DNA of 64,000 bases from Elusimicrobiota bacterium (GTDB taxonomy: Bacteria > Elusimicrobiota > Elusimicrobia > F11). A program made the position numbers and the translations under genes. The DNA is taken from NCBI GenBank assembly GCA_046153645.1, contig JBJXGI010000042.1, positions 17,280 to 81,279 on the forward strand. The letters are read 5' to 3'. Under the pieces are notes generated by a model, which did not search any database, was not told the DNA's origin, and saw only the letters and a program-made list of their open reading frames with translations. Shown here one piece after another: positions 40,978-50,262 of this stretch (positions within the stretch are counted from its first letter, which is position 1; every line of letters begins with the position of its first letter).

Positions 40978-42215
40978 TTTTTCCCTTCCGCTTGTTGTTT
41001 AAAAAAAGTTTTCGGCTCTTTAATATTTACACCGGAAATTTTTTGGAATTTCTTAAGTCGAATAAGCGCGTCATAAAAACGATTATCATGTGTAACCAAA
41101 GCAAAACGTGCCCAACCTTCCCCTTCTTTACCAAAACCAATACCAGGAGAAATGGCAATACCCGTTTCTCTTATTAACTCTTCGCAAAATTTTAATGAGC
41201 CCATTTTTTTGTATTGCCCAGGAATTTTCGCCCATAAATACATGGTCGCTTTTGGTTTTTGTAAATGCCAGCCTAAGCTTTTCAATCCTTCATACAAATA
41301 ATCTCTTCTTCGCTGATAAGTGGCTACCAATTCTGTTACTGAATTGGGCCACATCTCTAAAGCTTTCACACCCGCCAACTGAATAAATGTCGGAGAACCA
41401 TAATCAATGTAGGATTTAAATTTGGTTAAAGGCCCTAATAGTTTTTCTGGACCACAAGCCCATCCCAAACGCCAACCAGCCATGTTGTAAGTTTTGGAAA
41501 ACGAATGAAATTCAAGGCCCACATCACGTGCACCTGGCACTTCAAAAAAACTAAAAGGATTATGGCCATCAAATGCAATTTCGGAATAAGCATTGTCATA
41601 ACAAAGTAAAATTCCATATTTTTTACAAAAACGAATTGCTTCCTTAACATAGGATTTATCATCTAGCGTGGCGGCTGTTGGATTATTGGGGTAATTCAAA
41701 AACATGATTCGAGATTTACGCGCAATTTTCTCGGGAATTTTTTCTAGTTCAGGAAGATAATTATTTTTTTCATTGATTGGCATCAGATACGGTTTGGCTT
41801 CCGCCAAAACAACTCCATAAAAATGAACGGGATAACAAGGACTTGGAACCAAGGCATAATCACCCGGCTTTAAATACGAAGCACATAAGTGCGCAATACC
41901 TTCTTTTGAACCAATCAATGAACACACTTCATTTTCAGAATCTAAATTAACATCAAAACGTTTTTTCATCCAATTCGTAACAGCCTTTCTGAATTTTGGC
42001 ATTCCTTTGGCTTGAGGATAACGCAATGTTTTTGGATGATTTCGAACCGTGTCCGCCACTCGATCAACAATTACTGAAGGTGTTGGGATATCAGGATTTC
42101 CCATAGATAAATCAATTACATCTAATTTATTTTTGGATGCTTCCAGCGCCAAAGTTTTAATTCGTCCAAAAATATAGGGGGGCAAATTCGCCAATTTCTG
42201 TGGTGGTTTAATCAT
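40974..42215 (-). CDS. PLP-dependent class I/II aminotransferase (aspartate / LL-diaminopimelate aminotransferase-like)
   Basis: It has …DLSMGNPDIPTP…, …NYPNNPT…, and a …SFSKTYNMAGWRLGW… lysine motif. It heads the aminotransferase-hom-thrC string. Confidence 0.7.
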   Translation of the reverse strand: MIKPPQKLANLPPYIFGRIKTLALEASKNKLDVIDLSMGNPDIPTPSVIVDRVADTVRNHPKTLRYPQAKGMPKFRKAVTNWMKKRFDVNLDSENEVCSLIGSKEGIAHLCASYLKPGDYALVPSPCYPVHFYGVVLAEAKPYLMPINEKNNYLPELEKIPEKIARKSRIMFLNYPNNPTAATLDDKSYVKEAIRFCKKYGILLCYDNAYSEIAFDGHNPFSFFEVPGARDVGLEFHSFSKTYNMAGWRLGWACGPEKLLGPLTKFKSYIDYGSPTFIQLAGVKALEMWPNSVTELVATYQRRRDYLYEGLKSLGWHLQKPKATMYLWAKIPGQYKKMGSLKFCEELIRETGIAISPGIGFGKEGEGWARFALVTHDNRFYDALIRLKKFQKISGVNIKEPKTFFKQQAEGKK

Positions 42216-42271
42216 AGGATGGGGATTTTATTAAAACAGAAGGCATTTGGGTGAGCGAATGACGAAAAGGC

Positions 42272-42315
42272 AAAAAAAAGCACCTTCAAAGAAAACTTTT
42301 AAATTTCTTTGAAGG
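42272..42315 (-). terminator. Rho-independent terminator downstream of the HU gene
   Basis: A 12-bp perfect stem (CCTTCAAAGAAA / TTTCTTTGAAGG) with a 9-nt loop is followed on the minus strand by TTTTTTTT. Confidence 0.6.
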
Positions 42316-42343
42316 CACCGCTAAAAGATCAGAATCGTTCTTT

Positions 42344-42628
42344 TTAGAAGCTTGGTGTTTTTACAAGTTTTTTCAAAGCAAGACTGGGCTTAAAAGAAAT
42401 CTTTCGCCCAATAGGAATTTGAATTGTTTCCCCTGTTTTTGGGTTTCTACCAGGTCGTGCTTTTCGTGACTTCACTTTAAACGTGCCAAGGCCAGAAAGG
42501 GATATTTTCCCTCCCTCTGATATGCTGGCTCTAATTGAACCAACCACGGCCTTCACAGCTCTTATTGCCTCAGATCGTTTAAGGCGGGCTTCTTTTGTAA
42601 CTCGATCAATTAAATCGTTTTTCTTCAC
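42344..42628 (-). CDS. hup: HU family DNA-binding protein
   Basis: The 94-aa product matches HU/IHF in fold and arm region (…GFGTFKVKSRKARPGRNPKTGETIQIP…). Confidence 0.85.
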   Translation of the reverse strand: MKKNDLIDRVTKEARLKRSEAIRAVKAVVGSIRASISEGGKISLSGLGTFKVKSRKARPGRNPKTGETIQIPIGRKISFKPSLALKKLVKTPSF

Positions 42629-42809
42629 AACTCTCCTCCTCGACGGATTAAATATTTGCGCCCAGGTAACATTGACTTCCTTCTTTGTACGTCGAGTTCT
42701 TCAAGCTTTCAAGTCTTTTTTTAAAAATAAGTTGAAATCTTAAAGAGTTTTTCTAAGAGGGTTAAGAAGGGCAATGAAAAAACGAAGGAACTAATTGATA
42801 ATGACGTAT

Positions 42810-44069
42810 TTACGGAAATCCTTTGTAGTGGAAATATGATTTTACAGAAACACCACAGGAAGAATAAATTTTTTGAGAAATATTTTTATTAAATCGAGAC
42901 GCTGCATGACCCGCTTCTAACTGTAGTTTTAATTTTTTACTTTGATTAAATGCTTTTTTGAAATAGTGTATAGACGAAAAATTTTTATTTAAATTAAGCT
43001 CTCCAAAACCCAGTAAACAATATACCAATCCTCTTTTATCCGAACACTTTTTAAATAAAACCTCACTTTTCTTCAAATCTTTACGAGCTTGGAGAAAAAA
43101 TTTTCTCGAAATATTTAGCTGTGCTCGACTCCAAAGTACAAATGCCAAAGGACCTGTTTGATTTAAAAACGAATATTTTTTAATGGCCCGATTCATGCAG
43201 GAAACAGCCCTATTTAAGTTTCCCATCATTCGAAAAGCATTACCCTGTCCGCAAGAAGAGTAAGCCAAGCCAAACTCGTCATGCTGGGATTGGAAATACC
43301 GATAAGCCTGAGAGTATAAAGCCAAAGATTCTTGTGGGAAACCTTTCATTCGAAAAGTTCCTCCCAGTCCACAGCGTGCGTAAGCCAAACCATTATCGTC
43401 TTTTATTTTTTTGTAGAAAATAAGACTCTTCTTAAGAAAATATTCCGCAAATGCAATTTGCCCACTAAATCGAAAGGTTGTGCCTATGGCCCATAGGGTA
43501 TAGGCTTGACCTTCAAAATCTTTGTTTTTTTCATAATATTTTAGGCAAATCTTAAAAAGTTTCTGAGCATCATCCCACTTCCCCAATCCCCTTAAACACA
43601 TTCCCTCACCTAAATAAGCATCAACACAATACCTCTTAAAAATAGGAGTTTTTAGACGAGCATTTAAAGAAATTACTCTCCGATAATACTTAATCGCCAA
43701 AAAAAACTTTTCTATCTGACGATGATTATCTCCCAATTTAAGAAGAACTTGCGCATAATTCTGTTCATCTTTAAATTTTTTAATAAGAGAAAGTGCTTTT
43801 TTCCCATATTTAATAGCTTTAAAAAAATCTCCCTGAATCTGAGATAATTCTAATTTGAGTAAAAGATAATCAATTTGATTTGGGCGAGGTAAAGATGAGA
43901 AATGAATTTTAGAGAGAAAAAAAGAACACCCCCGAAGATTCCCATCTTCGAGGGTGTTTTTTGCATCATTAAATAATTTGAATATTTTTTCTTTTAACAG
44001 AGTTCGATTAACGTTTGGAATGTTGGAAACGTCTTCGAGCTTTTGGTTGACCAGGTTTTTTACGTTCAA
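42810..44069 (-). CDS. Tetratricopeptide-repeat (TPR) protein
   Basis: The 419-aa product has many A/Y/W/G-rich 34-residue repeats. The track start (TTG) overlaps the end of rpsI by about 60 nt, so the real start is probably further downstream. Confidence 0.6.
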   Translation of the reverse strand: MNVKNLVNQKLEDVSNIPNVNRTLLKEKIFKLFNDAKNTLEDGNLRGCSFFLSKIHFSSLPRPNQIDYLLLKLELSQIQGDFFKAIKYGKKALSLIKKFKDEQNYAQVLLKLGDNHRQIEKFFLAIKYYRRVISLNARLKTPIFKRYCVDAYLGEGMCLRGLGKWDDAQKLFKICLKYYEKNKDFEGQAYTLWAIGTTFRFSGQIAFAEYFLKKSLIFYKKIKDDNGLAYARCGLGGTFRMKGFPQESLALYSQAYRYFQSQHDEFGLAYSSCGQGNAFRMMGNLNRAVSCMNRAIKKYSFLNQTGPLAFVLWSRAQLNISRKFFLQARKDLKKSEVLFKKCSDKRGLVYCLLGFGELNLNKNFSSIHYFKKAFNQSKKLKLQLEAGHAASRFNKNISQKIYSSCGVSVKSYFHYKGFP

Positions 44070-44415
44070 CCATACGAGGATCTCTGGTTAAGAGTCCTTC
44101 TTTTCTAAGGAGACCGCGAAGCCCAGGATCAATTTCAACCATTGCGCGAGCAATCCCTAATTTAACAGCACCTGATTGACCAGTAACACCGCCACCGGAA
44201 ACGGTAATAAAAATATCATAACCACCGAAAGAACGAGAATGTTGTAAAGGTTCAGTGGCTGCCGTGCGCGCTGTCACATGACCACCAAAATAATCATTAA
44301 TGGGTTTATCATTAACAGTTAAGCGACCAGTACCAGGAATAACTCTGACACGAGCAATACTTTCTTTTCTTCGTCCTGTTGTCCAAATTGGGAATTCAAT
44401 TGTTGAAGATGACAT
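44008..44415 (-). CDS. rpsI: 30S ribosomal protein S9
   Basis: The C-terminus …RKKPGQPKARRRFQHSKR is the S9 signature. Confidence 0.9.
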   Translation of the reverse strand: MSSSTIEFPIWTTGRRKESIARVRVIPGTGRLTVNDKPINDYFGGHVTARTAATEPLQHSRSFGGYDIFITVSGGGVTGQSGAVKLGIARAMVEIDPGLRGLLRKEGLLTRDPRMVERKKPGQPKARRRFQHSKR

Positions 44416-44434
44416 AATATATTTATCCTTTTAA

Positions 44435-44887
44435 TTAATTCTGTGCCGCAGCAACAGGTGCTTTGGGTTGAGCAAATTGGGCACCATGAGGATGAGTTCC
44501 CCCACGATATACCTTAAGGCGAGCAATTTGATCTTTCCGGAGTCGGGTTTTTGCAAGCATACCAGAAACCGCTAAAGTTATAGCTCGTTCTGGCTTTTTC
44601 TCAAGCAACTCTTTATAAGGAGTCATTGTATCTCCGCCAGGATAACCAGAATGACGGAAATCAATCTTTTGAACGGGTTTATTGTTTCCTGTAATCCGAA
44701 TCCCTTGCGCATTAATGATGACGACATGGTCGCCACAATCAACATGGGGGGTGTATAAACTCTTGCTTTTCCCTGAAAGTTTATTGGCTACCACCGTAGC
44801 CAGTCTTCCTAGGACTTGATTTGAAGCATCAATAAGATGCCATTTTCTAATAACTGCCTTACTATTTGCTTGATATGTAGTTCTCAT
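44435..44887 (-). CDS. rplM: 50S ribosomal protein L13
   Basis: MRTTYQANSKAVIRKWHLIDA…LGRLAT… is the L13 signature. It is upstream of rpsI, as usual. Confidence 0.9.
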   Translation of the reverse strand: MRTTYQANSKAVIRKWHLIDASNQVLGRLATVVANKLSGKSKSLYTPHVDCGDHVVIINAQGIRITGNNKPVQKIDFRHSGYPGGDTMTPYKELLEKKPERAITLAVSGMLAKTRLRKDQIARLKVYRGGTHPHGAQFAQPKAPVAAAQN

Positions 44888-44929
44888 AAGTCGCTCCGTA
44901 TACTAATTAAATTGTGGTCAGTCAAGAAA

Positions 44930-46114
44930 TTATTTTTTCGTAACATCTAAAATAATTTTGATGTCAGCTTTCTTTTTTAACTCATCCACATATTTTTCAT
45001 AATTTTTCTTCATCTCATCTTGAAAAAGATAAGCAGCCAAATCTAGTTTAATATCATCATGTTTAAGCTTTTGAGCCGCTCTCTTCTCTTCTACTTTCAT
45101 AATGTGATAACCAAATTCTGTTTCGATAGGATCAGATATACTGCCAACTGGAAGAATAAAGGCAACTTTGTCGAATTCTGGAACCATTTGCCCTTTAGAA
45201 AAATATCCTAAATCTCCTCCTGTTTTTGCACTTGGCCCATCTGACTTTTGCTTAGCCAATTCAATGAAATCAGCACCTTTTTCGAGTTCCTTCTTAATAG
45301 CTTTGGCTTTGTTAAGCGCTTCTGACCTTTTTTTGACATCATCTTTTCTAGAGGACTTGACTAAAATATGCCTAGCGCGCACCGATTCACTTAAGCGCGA
45401 TTTCAACAGTTCAGTCATTTGATCAATTTCATTTTCAGGGTTTGGCTTAAAATCAGGTTGATTAAATTTTTTCTCAATCTGAGAATAGAGCGATTTGACT
45501 TTATTTTCATAATCTACAGATAATTCTCTCGCTTCCGGATCTCCCGCATTGGCAGGCTGACCATCTTTAAATGGAGAAGCAACACGCCCCTTAACAGCAT
45601 CTTCAGTTAAACGGAGAACTTTTAATTGGTCTTCAATTTTCTGGAAAAATTCTTTTTCGGAAATGTTTTGATCGGTTAACTCTTTAATAAAATCTTTATA
45701 TTCCGAAGAAGTTAAATCTCTTTCATAATCCTCTTTAGTGGGTTTCACGCCAGGTTTAAGAATTTTAAAACGATTTTTAATTTGAAGAATACCCTCTTCT
45801 AACTGCCGCTTGGGAACCAAAATATTCTTCTTTTTTGCTTCCTGAAGCAAAACTTTCTCTTCGACCATTTGATTAAGCAGCATTTCTTTAGTATTTTTTT
45901 CCCAATCAGGACTTAATTTTTGATCTGGCGCTTGTTTTTGCTGCTCTTGAAGAGCCAACCAGTTGCTCTCAAATTCATTCAAGAATATAGCTTCTCCATT
46001 AATGGTTGCGATACTCTTACCCACAACTTCGGCAGAAATAAAATTCCCATTGGGTGATAGAAAAAAAAGCCCAAAGATTAAAAAAACCATCTTATTTTTA
46101 TTAAAAAAATTCAT
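44930..46114 (-). CDS. Periplasmic parvulin-type peptidyl-prolyl isomerase (SurA/PrsA-like)
   Basis: It has a signal peptide, an N-terminal chaperone-like region, and a parvulin domain (…ARHILVK…GGDLGYFSKGQMVPEFD…GYHIMKV). Confidence 0.75.
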   Translation of the reverse strand: MNFFNKNKMVFLIFGLFFLSPNGNFISAEVVGKSIATINGEAIFLNEFESNWLALQEQQKQAPDQKLSPDWEKNTKEMLLNQMVEEKVLLQEAKKKNILVPKRQLEEGILQIKNRFKILKPGVKPTKEDYERDLTSSEYKDFIKELTDQNISEKEFFQKIEDQLKVLRLTEDAVKGRVASPFKDGQPANAGDPEARELSVDYENKVKSLYSQIEKKFNQPDFKPNPENEIDQMTELLKSRLSESVRARHILVKSSRKDDVKKRSEALNKAKAIKKELEKGADFIELAKQKSDGPSAKTGGDLGYFSKGQMVPEFDKVAFILPVGSISDPIETEFGYHIMKVEEKRAAQKLKHDDIKLDLAAYLFQDEMKKNYEKYVDELKKKADIKIILDVTKK

Positions 46115-46206
46115 ATTTACCTTCTTTAAGCATATTGATAAATCGAAAACATATGATTTATAATTGTTTTAGAAACCACTAAAAAGAACATGTTCCACGT
46201 GGAACA

Positions 46207-47247
46207 TCAAATAATACCTTTGGCCACCAATTCTTCGGCAATTTGAACTGCGTTTAAAGCAGCACCCTTCAATAAATTATCTGATACAACCCACAAAGAG
46301 AGACCTTTCTCAGTAGCCAGGTCCCTACGTACTCGACCGACAAATGTTTCGTATTTTCCGGAAGCGAAAATTGGCATGGGATAAATTCCCTTCTCAGGCT
46401 CGTCCTGAACAATAACTCCAGGAGCATTTCGAAGTAAAGAAAGAGCCTCTGTCACACTTACAGGTTTTTCAGTCTCAATCCAAATTGCTTCAGAATGGGA
46501 ACGAAAGACCGGGACACGAACACAAGTGGCAGAAACTTCGATTGATTCAGATTCCATTATTTTCTTGGTTTCAAAAACCATCTTCATTTCTTCTTTGGTA
46601 TAGCCATTATCAGTAAAAACATCAATTTGTGGGACCAAATTAAGTGCAATTTGATGTGGAATCTTAGCTGGAGCAGGAATACTCTCTCCCTTAGCCCAGG
46701 CTTTAGTTTGATTCTCTAAATCTTGAATTCCTTTGCCTCCAGCACCAGAAACAGCTTGGTAGGTGGCAACTCGAATTTTTTTAATAACAAAAGCATCATG
46801 CAAAGGCTTCAGAGCTACGACCATTTGAATGGTGGAACAATTCGGATTCGCAATTATTTTTTTATCTTTCGATAGGCAATGGGAATTAACCTCAGGAACA
46901 ACGAGGGGTATGGCAGGATCCATTCTCCAAGCACTGGAATTATCAATAACAAATGTTCCATTTTTTGAAAATAGCGGAGCCAATTCTTTACTTGCTGTAG
47001 CCCCAGCAGAAAAAATAGCGACATCTAAACCTAAAATTGATTGATTATCAATTGTTTTAATTAAAATCTCTTTGCCATTGAACTTCGTTTTTTTTCCGAG
47101 AGACCGTTCACTTGCAAATAGCTTAAGTTCAGCAATAGGGAATTTTCTATCTTCCAGGGTTTTAATCATTTCTAAACCAACTGCCCCAGTAGCACCTACA
47201 ACCGCAACATTAAATGTTTTTTTATTCGTTTTAATCATTGTTTCCAT
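46207..47247 (-). CDS. asd: Aspartate-semialdehyde dehydrogenase
   Basis: It has …VAVVGATGAVG… and an active-site Cys region (…ANPNCSTIQMV…). Confidence 0.85.
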   Translation of the reverse strand: METMIKTNKKTFNVAVVGATGAVGLEMIKTLEDRKFPIAELKLFASERSLGKKTKFNGKEILIKTIDNQSILGLDVAIFSAGATASKELAPLFSKNGTFVIDNSSAWRMDPAIPLVVPEVNSHCLSKDKKIIANPNCSTIQMVVALKPLHDAFVIKKIRVATYQAVSGAGGKGIQDLENQTKAWAKGESIPAPAKIPHQIALNLVPQIDVFTDNGYTKEEMKMVFETKKIMESESIEVSATCVRVPVFRSHSEAIWIETEKPVSVTEALSLLRNAPGVIVQDEPEKGIYPMPIFASGKYETFVGRVRRDLATEKGLSLWVVSDNLLKGAALNAVQIAEELVAKGII

Positions 47248-47420
47248 ATAATATTTATTGATGAAATTATTCAGGATCTAAGCACGAAGGTTATCGAAAT
47301 TCAATAAAGGAAAGTCGCAACAACATCGGCAGAAAATGCGAAAAAGATTATAGCATAGAGTGCGAATTTTTATAAGAGAAATATCGATTTTTTTATACTT
47401 ATTTTTGATATTGTTTTTAT

Positions 47421-47963
47421 ATGAAAAATCACTTTATTATTTGGGCTTTTGGGCCAGACAAACCTGGAATAGTTGCCGAAATTACAAAATTTCTATTCGA
47501 AGAAGAATGCAATCTTGAAGACTCTTCAATGATGCGACTTGGTTCAGAATTCGGAATCTTTATGATTTTTACTGGACCCAAAAAAATATTAAACACTAAA
47601 AATAAAGAAAGAATAAAAAAGATTGAATTTCACTTTCGCTTTAATATTGGAATAAAAGAAATTTCGAAAAAAGAAGCTAAATCTAACAAGATAAAAACAA
47701 ACTCTTATATCGTCAAAGTGACAGGACCTGACACTGCCGGAATCGTCTTTAAAATCACTTCCATTTTGGCAAAATTTGGTTTTAATATTTCAGATCTCTC
47801 AACCCATCGAACCAATTATAAAGGAAAGCCGGGATATATTTTATTCATTGAAGGAGAAATTAAAGCAGGGACATTCGCCTTTATAGATGGGGAACTAAAA
47901 AAAATGAGTAAAAACCTAAATATTCATGCTGATATCAAACCAATAGAAGTCGCCGCGTTATAA
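47421..47963 (+). CDS. Tandem ACT-domain protein (GcvR-like regulatory protein)
   Basis: It has two ACT-like segments (…FGPDKPGIVAEITKFL…; …VTGPDTAGIVFKITSIL…). Confidence 0.55.
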   Translation: MKNHFIIWAFGPDKPGIVAEITKFLFEEECNLEDSSMMRLGSEFGIFMIFTGPKKILNTKNKERIKKIEFHFRFNIGIKEISKKEAKSNKIKTNSYIVKVTGPDTAGIVFKITSILAKFGFNISDLSTHRTNYKGKPGYILFIEGEIKAGTFAFIDGELKKMSKNLNIHADIKPIEVAAL

Positions 47964-48485
47964 ATGACTGTCGAATCAATTCGTCTGTTTCCAGAGCCTG
48001 TTTTATCTACTCCTTGTCAAAAAATTACTTCTTTTGACGATCAACTTTATAATTTGGCTAAAAACTTAGAAGAAACTCTTTATCATTCTCCTGGTGTTGG
48101 ATTGGCTGCTCCGCAAATTGGAGTTTCACTTCAAATAGCGGTCATTGATGTGGGGCGAAAACAAACAAAAAAAACTGCTGAGCCAAACCATGGATTTCTA
48201 ACAATAATAAATCCTGTCATTCTGACAGGTGAGGGAACGCAAATCCCAAGAGAGGGTTGTTTGTCCGTTCCTGATTTACTAGCCAACGTTAATAGATTTC
48301 AAAAAGTACACATACAGTATCAAGATTTATTGGGAGCAAAACAAGAAATAATTGTCGAGGGCTTTGAAGCTCTTGCTTTTCAACATGAAATAGACCATTT
48401 AAATGGGCTTCTTTTTTTAGACCGAGTTACCAATATAAAAACTGATATTTTCAGAAGAAAAAAAGATCGCCAAAAACACACCTAA
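47964..48485 (+). CDS. def: Peptide deformylase
   Basis: It has the three PDF motifs: GVGLAAPQIG, EGCLSVP, HEIDHLNG. Confidence 0.9.
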   Translation: MTVESIRLFPEPVLSTPCQKITSFDDQLYNLAKNLEETLYHSPGVGLAAPQIGVSLQIAVIDVGRKQTKKTAEPNHGFLTIINPVILTGEGTQIPREGCLSVPDLLANVNRFQKVHIQYQDLLGAKQEIIVEGFEALAFQHEIDHLNGLLFLDRVTNIKTDIFRRKKDRQKHT

Positions 48486-48588
48486 AAAACAACTTGTTTT
48501 TAAATCTTCCGACGGAAAATTATTGGCAAGAATTTCATCTCACCGATACACTTAAATCTATTCAAAACAAGGATAAGGATGAGGTACA

Positions 48589-50262
48589 GTGAATTTCCCT
48601 AAATTTAAAGATTTATTTTCACTTTGGTTTCCCATGGCAACACCCGCTGCATCTGAAGAGAACGTGGTTGAAGACTTCACTGTTCTCAACGCAGAAACCG
48701 ACCTGTACAATGAAAATTCTCGATTAATAAAATCAAAAAATAACGAACAAAATAACGTATTTCAAAAAATTAGATTTGATAATTTTATACGTCTTTGTAC
48801 GGCATTGCCGGTATTTGTGGTTTCAGTTCTCTTATGGTGGGGTGGGGCTTTAAACCATATTTTCGCTATAACAATTACATTTATCTTGTTTAGTTTTGTT
48901 CAATTTACTGCTTGTTTGTTTTTTCTCCAAACTAAAAAACCCAAAGTATTAGATACATTTTTATGCTCTATGGATTTAGTGGCCATGGGAACGGGTATAC
49001 ACTTGACGGGGGGAATGAATAGCCCTCTTATGTTTATGTTTTTCATTCCATTTATCATTCAAGCCTTCCATCGTAATTGGAAAATGATCATATTTTACGG
49101 AATTGGCGGAATCATCGTTTTAAGTCTCGTAGAACTTTTCTCACTTGAGCCAAAATCATCTTTTCCCATATTAGACTTCACAGCCAGAGTTTTCTTTCAC
49201 GCTCTGACCACAACCATCGCTGCTTTAGGAGTTTATTTGTTAGAAAAAAAAGAAGTGGGGGATGCCATTGGACTATCTCGACTGAGATTGATTAATAGAA
49301 TTACTCAAAGATTAAATCACGTACAAGCCTATAGTGACGTTCTTTTTACCTCCAGAGAAATTTTAGATTTATTGCAATCAGAGTGGGGAAACTCATATTG
49401 GTTTCAATTCCTACTGATTGAAGAAGATGGTTTTAACTTGAAAAACATTTCATCAAAGAAGAACTCTGATTGGGATATCTTAGAACAAGAATCGTATAAA
49501 GTTTTTGTTAATTCATTCGAAAACAAAATACTTTCTATACAGAAATTCGAGGAAACACTAAAAACAGGGGAACATTTTTCCATTTTAGGTTCGTATCAAC
49601 TTTTTTCAATTACTGGGTCTGATAACAAACCACACGGCATTCTTGTTGTTGGTTCCAAAAAAACATCCGCTTTTTCAAGTGAAGACAACAAATTCCTACA
49701 ATTCATTGTGAAATCAATAGGATTAACACTTCAAAGGCTTTATGTTTTTGATGAATTACGAAAAATAACGGAAATGGAAAGTTGTGCCGCGGCAATAAAC
49801 CTAAATTCAAGTCGAAGCATAAACTTAGTTTATAGTTCAATTATTGAAGGGATCCTTTCTGTCATTAACGCAGATCAAGCTTGCCTTATGATGTGGAGCA
49901 ACGAAACTCAAACTCTTACTCCTATAGAAGCAAAAGGCCCTTACGCTCAAAAAGAACTTGAAATTAAATTCCCAATGGGAGAGGGGATTTTAAATCATGT
50001 GTTAAAAACAGGGGAAGTTATTTTCTGCAACGGGGTGATAGAAGATAAAATTTATCAATCTCAAAAAATACCTATGAAATCTTTTATTTGTCTCCCTTTA
50101 TGGAATGTAAGAGGAAAACCCATCGGAGTTATTACAGCTATGAAATTCATTGAAGAGAAAGGATTTTCAAGCACTGAAATTGGCGTGGCTGCCACTTTTG
50201 CCGCTCGTTGCTCCGTTGCGCTCGAAAATGCCATTAACCAACCACAAAAAATGGCCGCTTAA
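48589..50262 (+). CDS. Membrane protein with N-terminal polytopic domain and C-terminal GAF domain(s), no recognisable output domain
   Basis: It has a GTG start with upstream AGGATGAGG, about 6 TM helices in residues 60-215, and a C-terminal GAF-like region (…LSVINADQACLMMWS…GEGILNHV…FICLPLWN…GVITAM). Confidence 0.6.
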   Translation: MNFPKFKDLFSLWFPMATPAASEENVVEDFTVLNAETDLYNENSRLIKSKNNEQNNVFQKIRFDNFIRLCTALPVFVVSVLLWWGGALNHIFAITITFILFSFVQFTACLFFLQTKKPKVLDTFLCSMDLVAMGTGIHLTGGMNSPLMFMFFIPFIIQAFHRNWKMIIFYGIGGIIVLSLVELFSLEPKSSFPILDFTARVFFHALTTTIAALGVYLLEKKEVGDAIGLSRLRLINRITQRLNHVQAYSDVLFTSREILDLLQSEWGNSYWFQFLLIEEDGFNLKNISSKKNSDWDILEQESYKVFVNSFENKILSIQKFEETLKTGEHFSILGSYQLFSITGSDNKPHGILVVGSKKTSAFSSEDNKFLQFIVKSIGLTLQRLYVFDELRKITEMESCAAAINLNSSRSINLVYSSIIEGILSVINADQACLMMWSNETQTLTPIEAKGPYAQKELEIKFPMGEGILNHVLKTGEVIFCNGVIEDKIYQSQKIPMKSFICLPLWNVRGKPIGVITAMKFIEEKGFSSTEIGVAATFAARCSVALENAINQPQKMAA

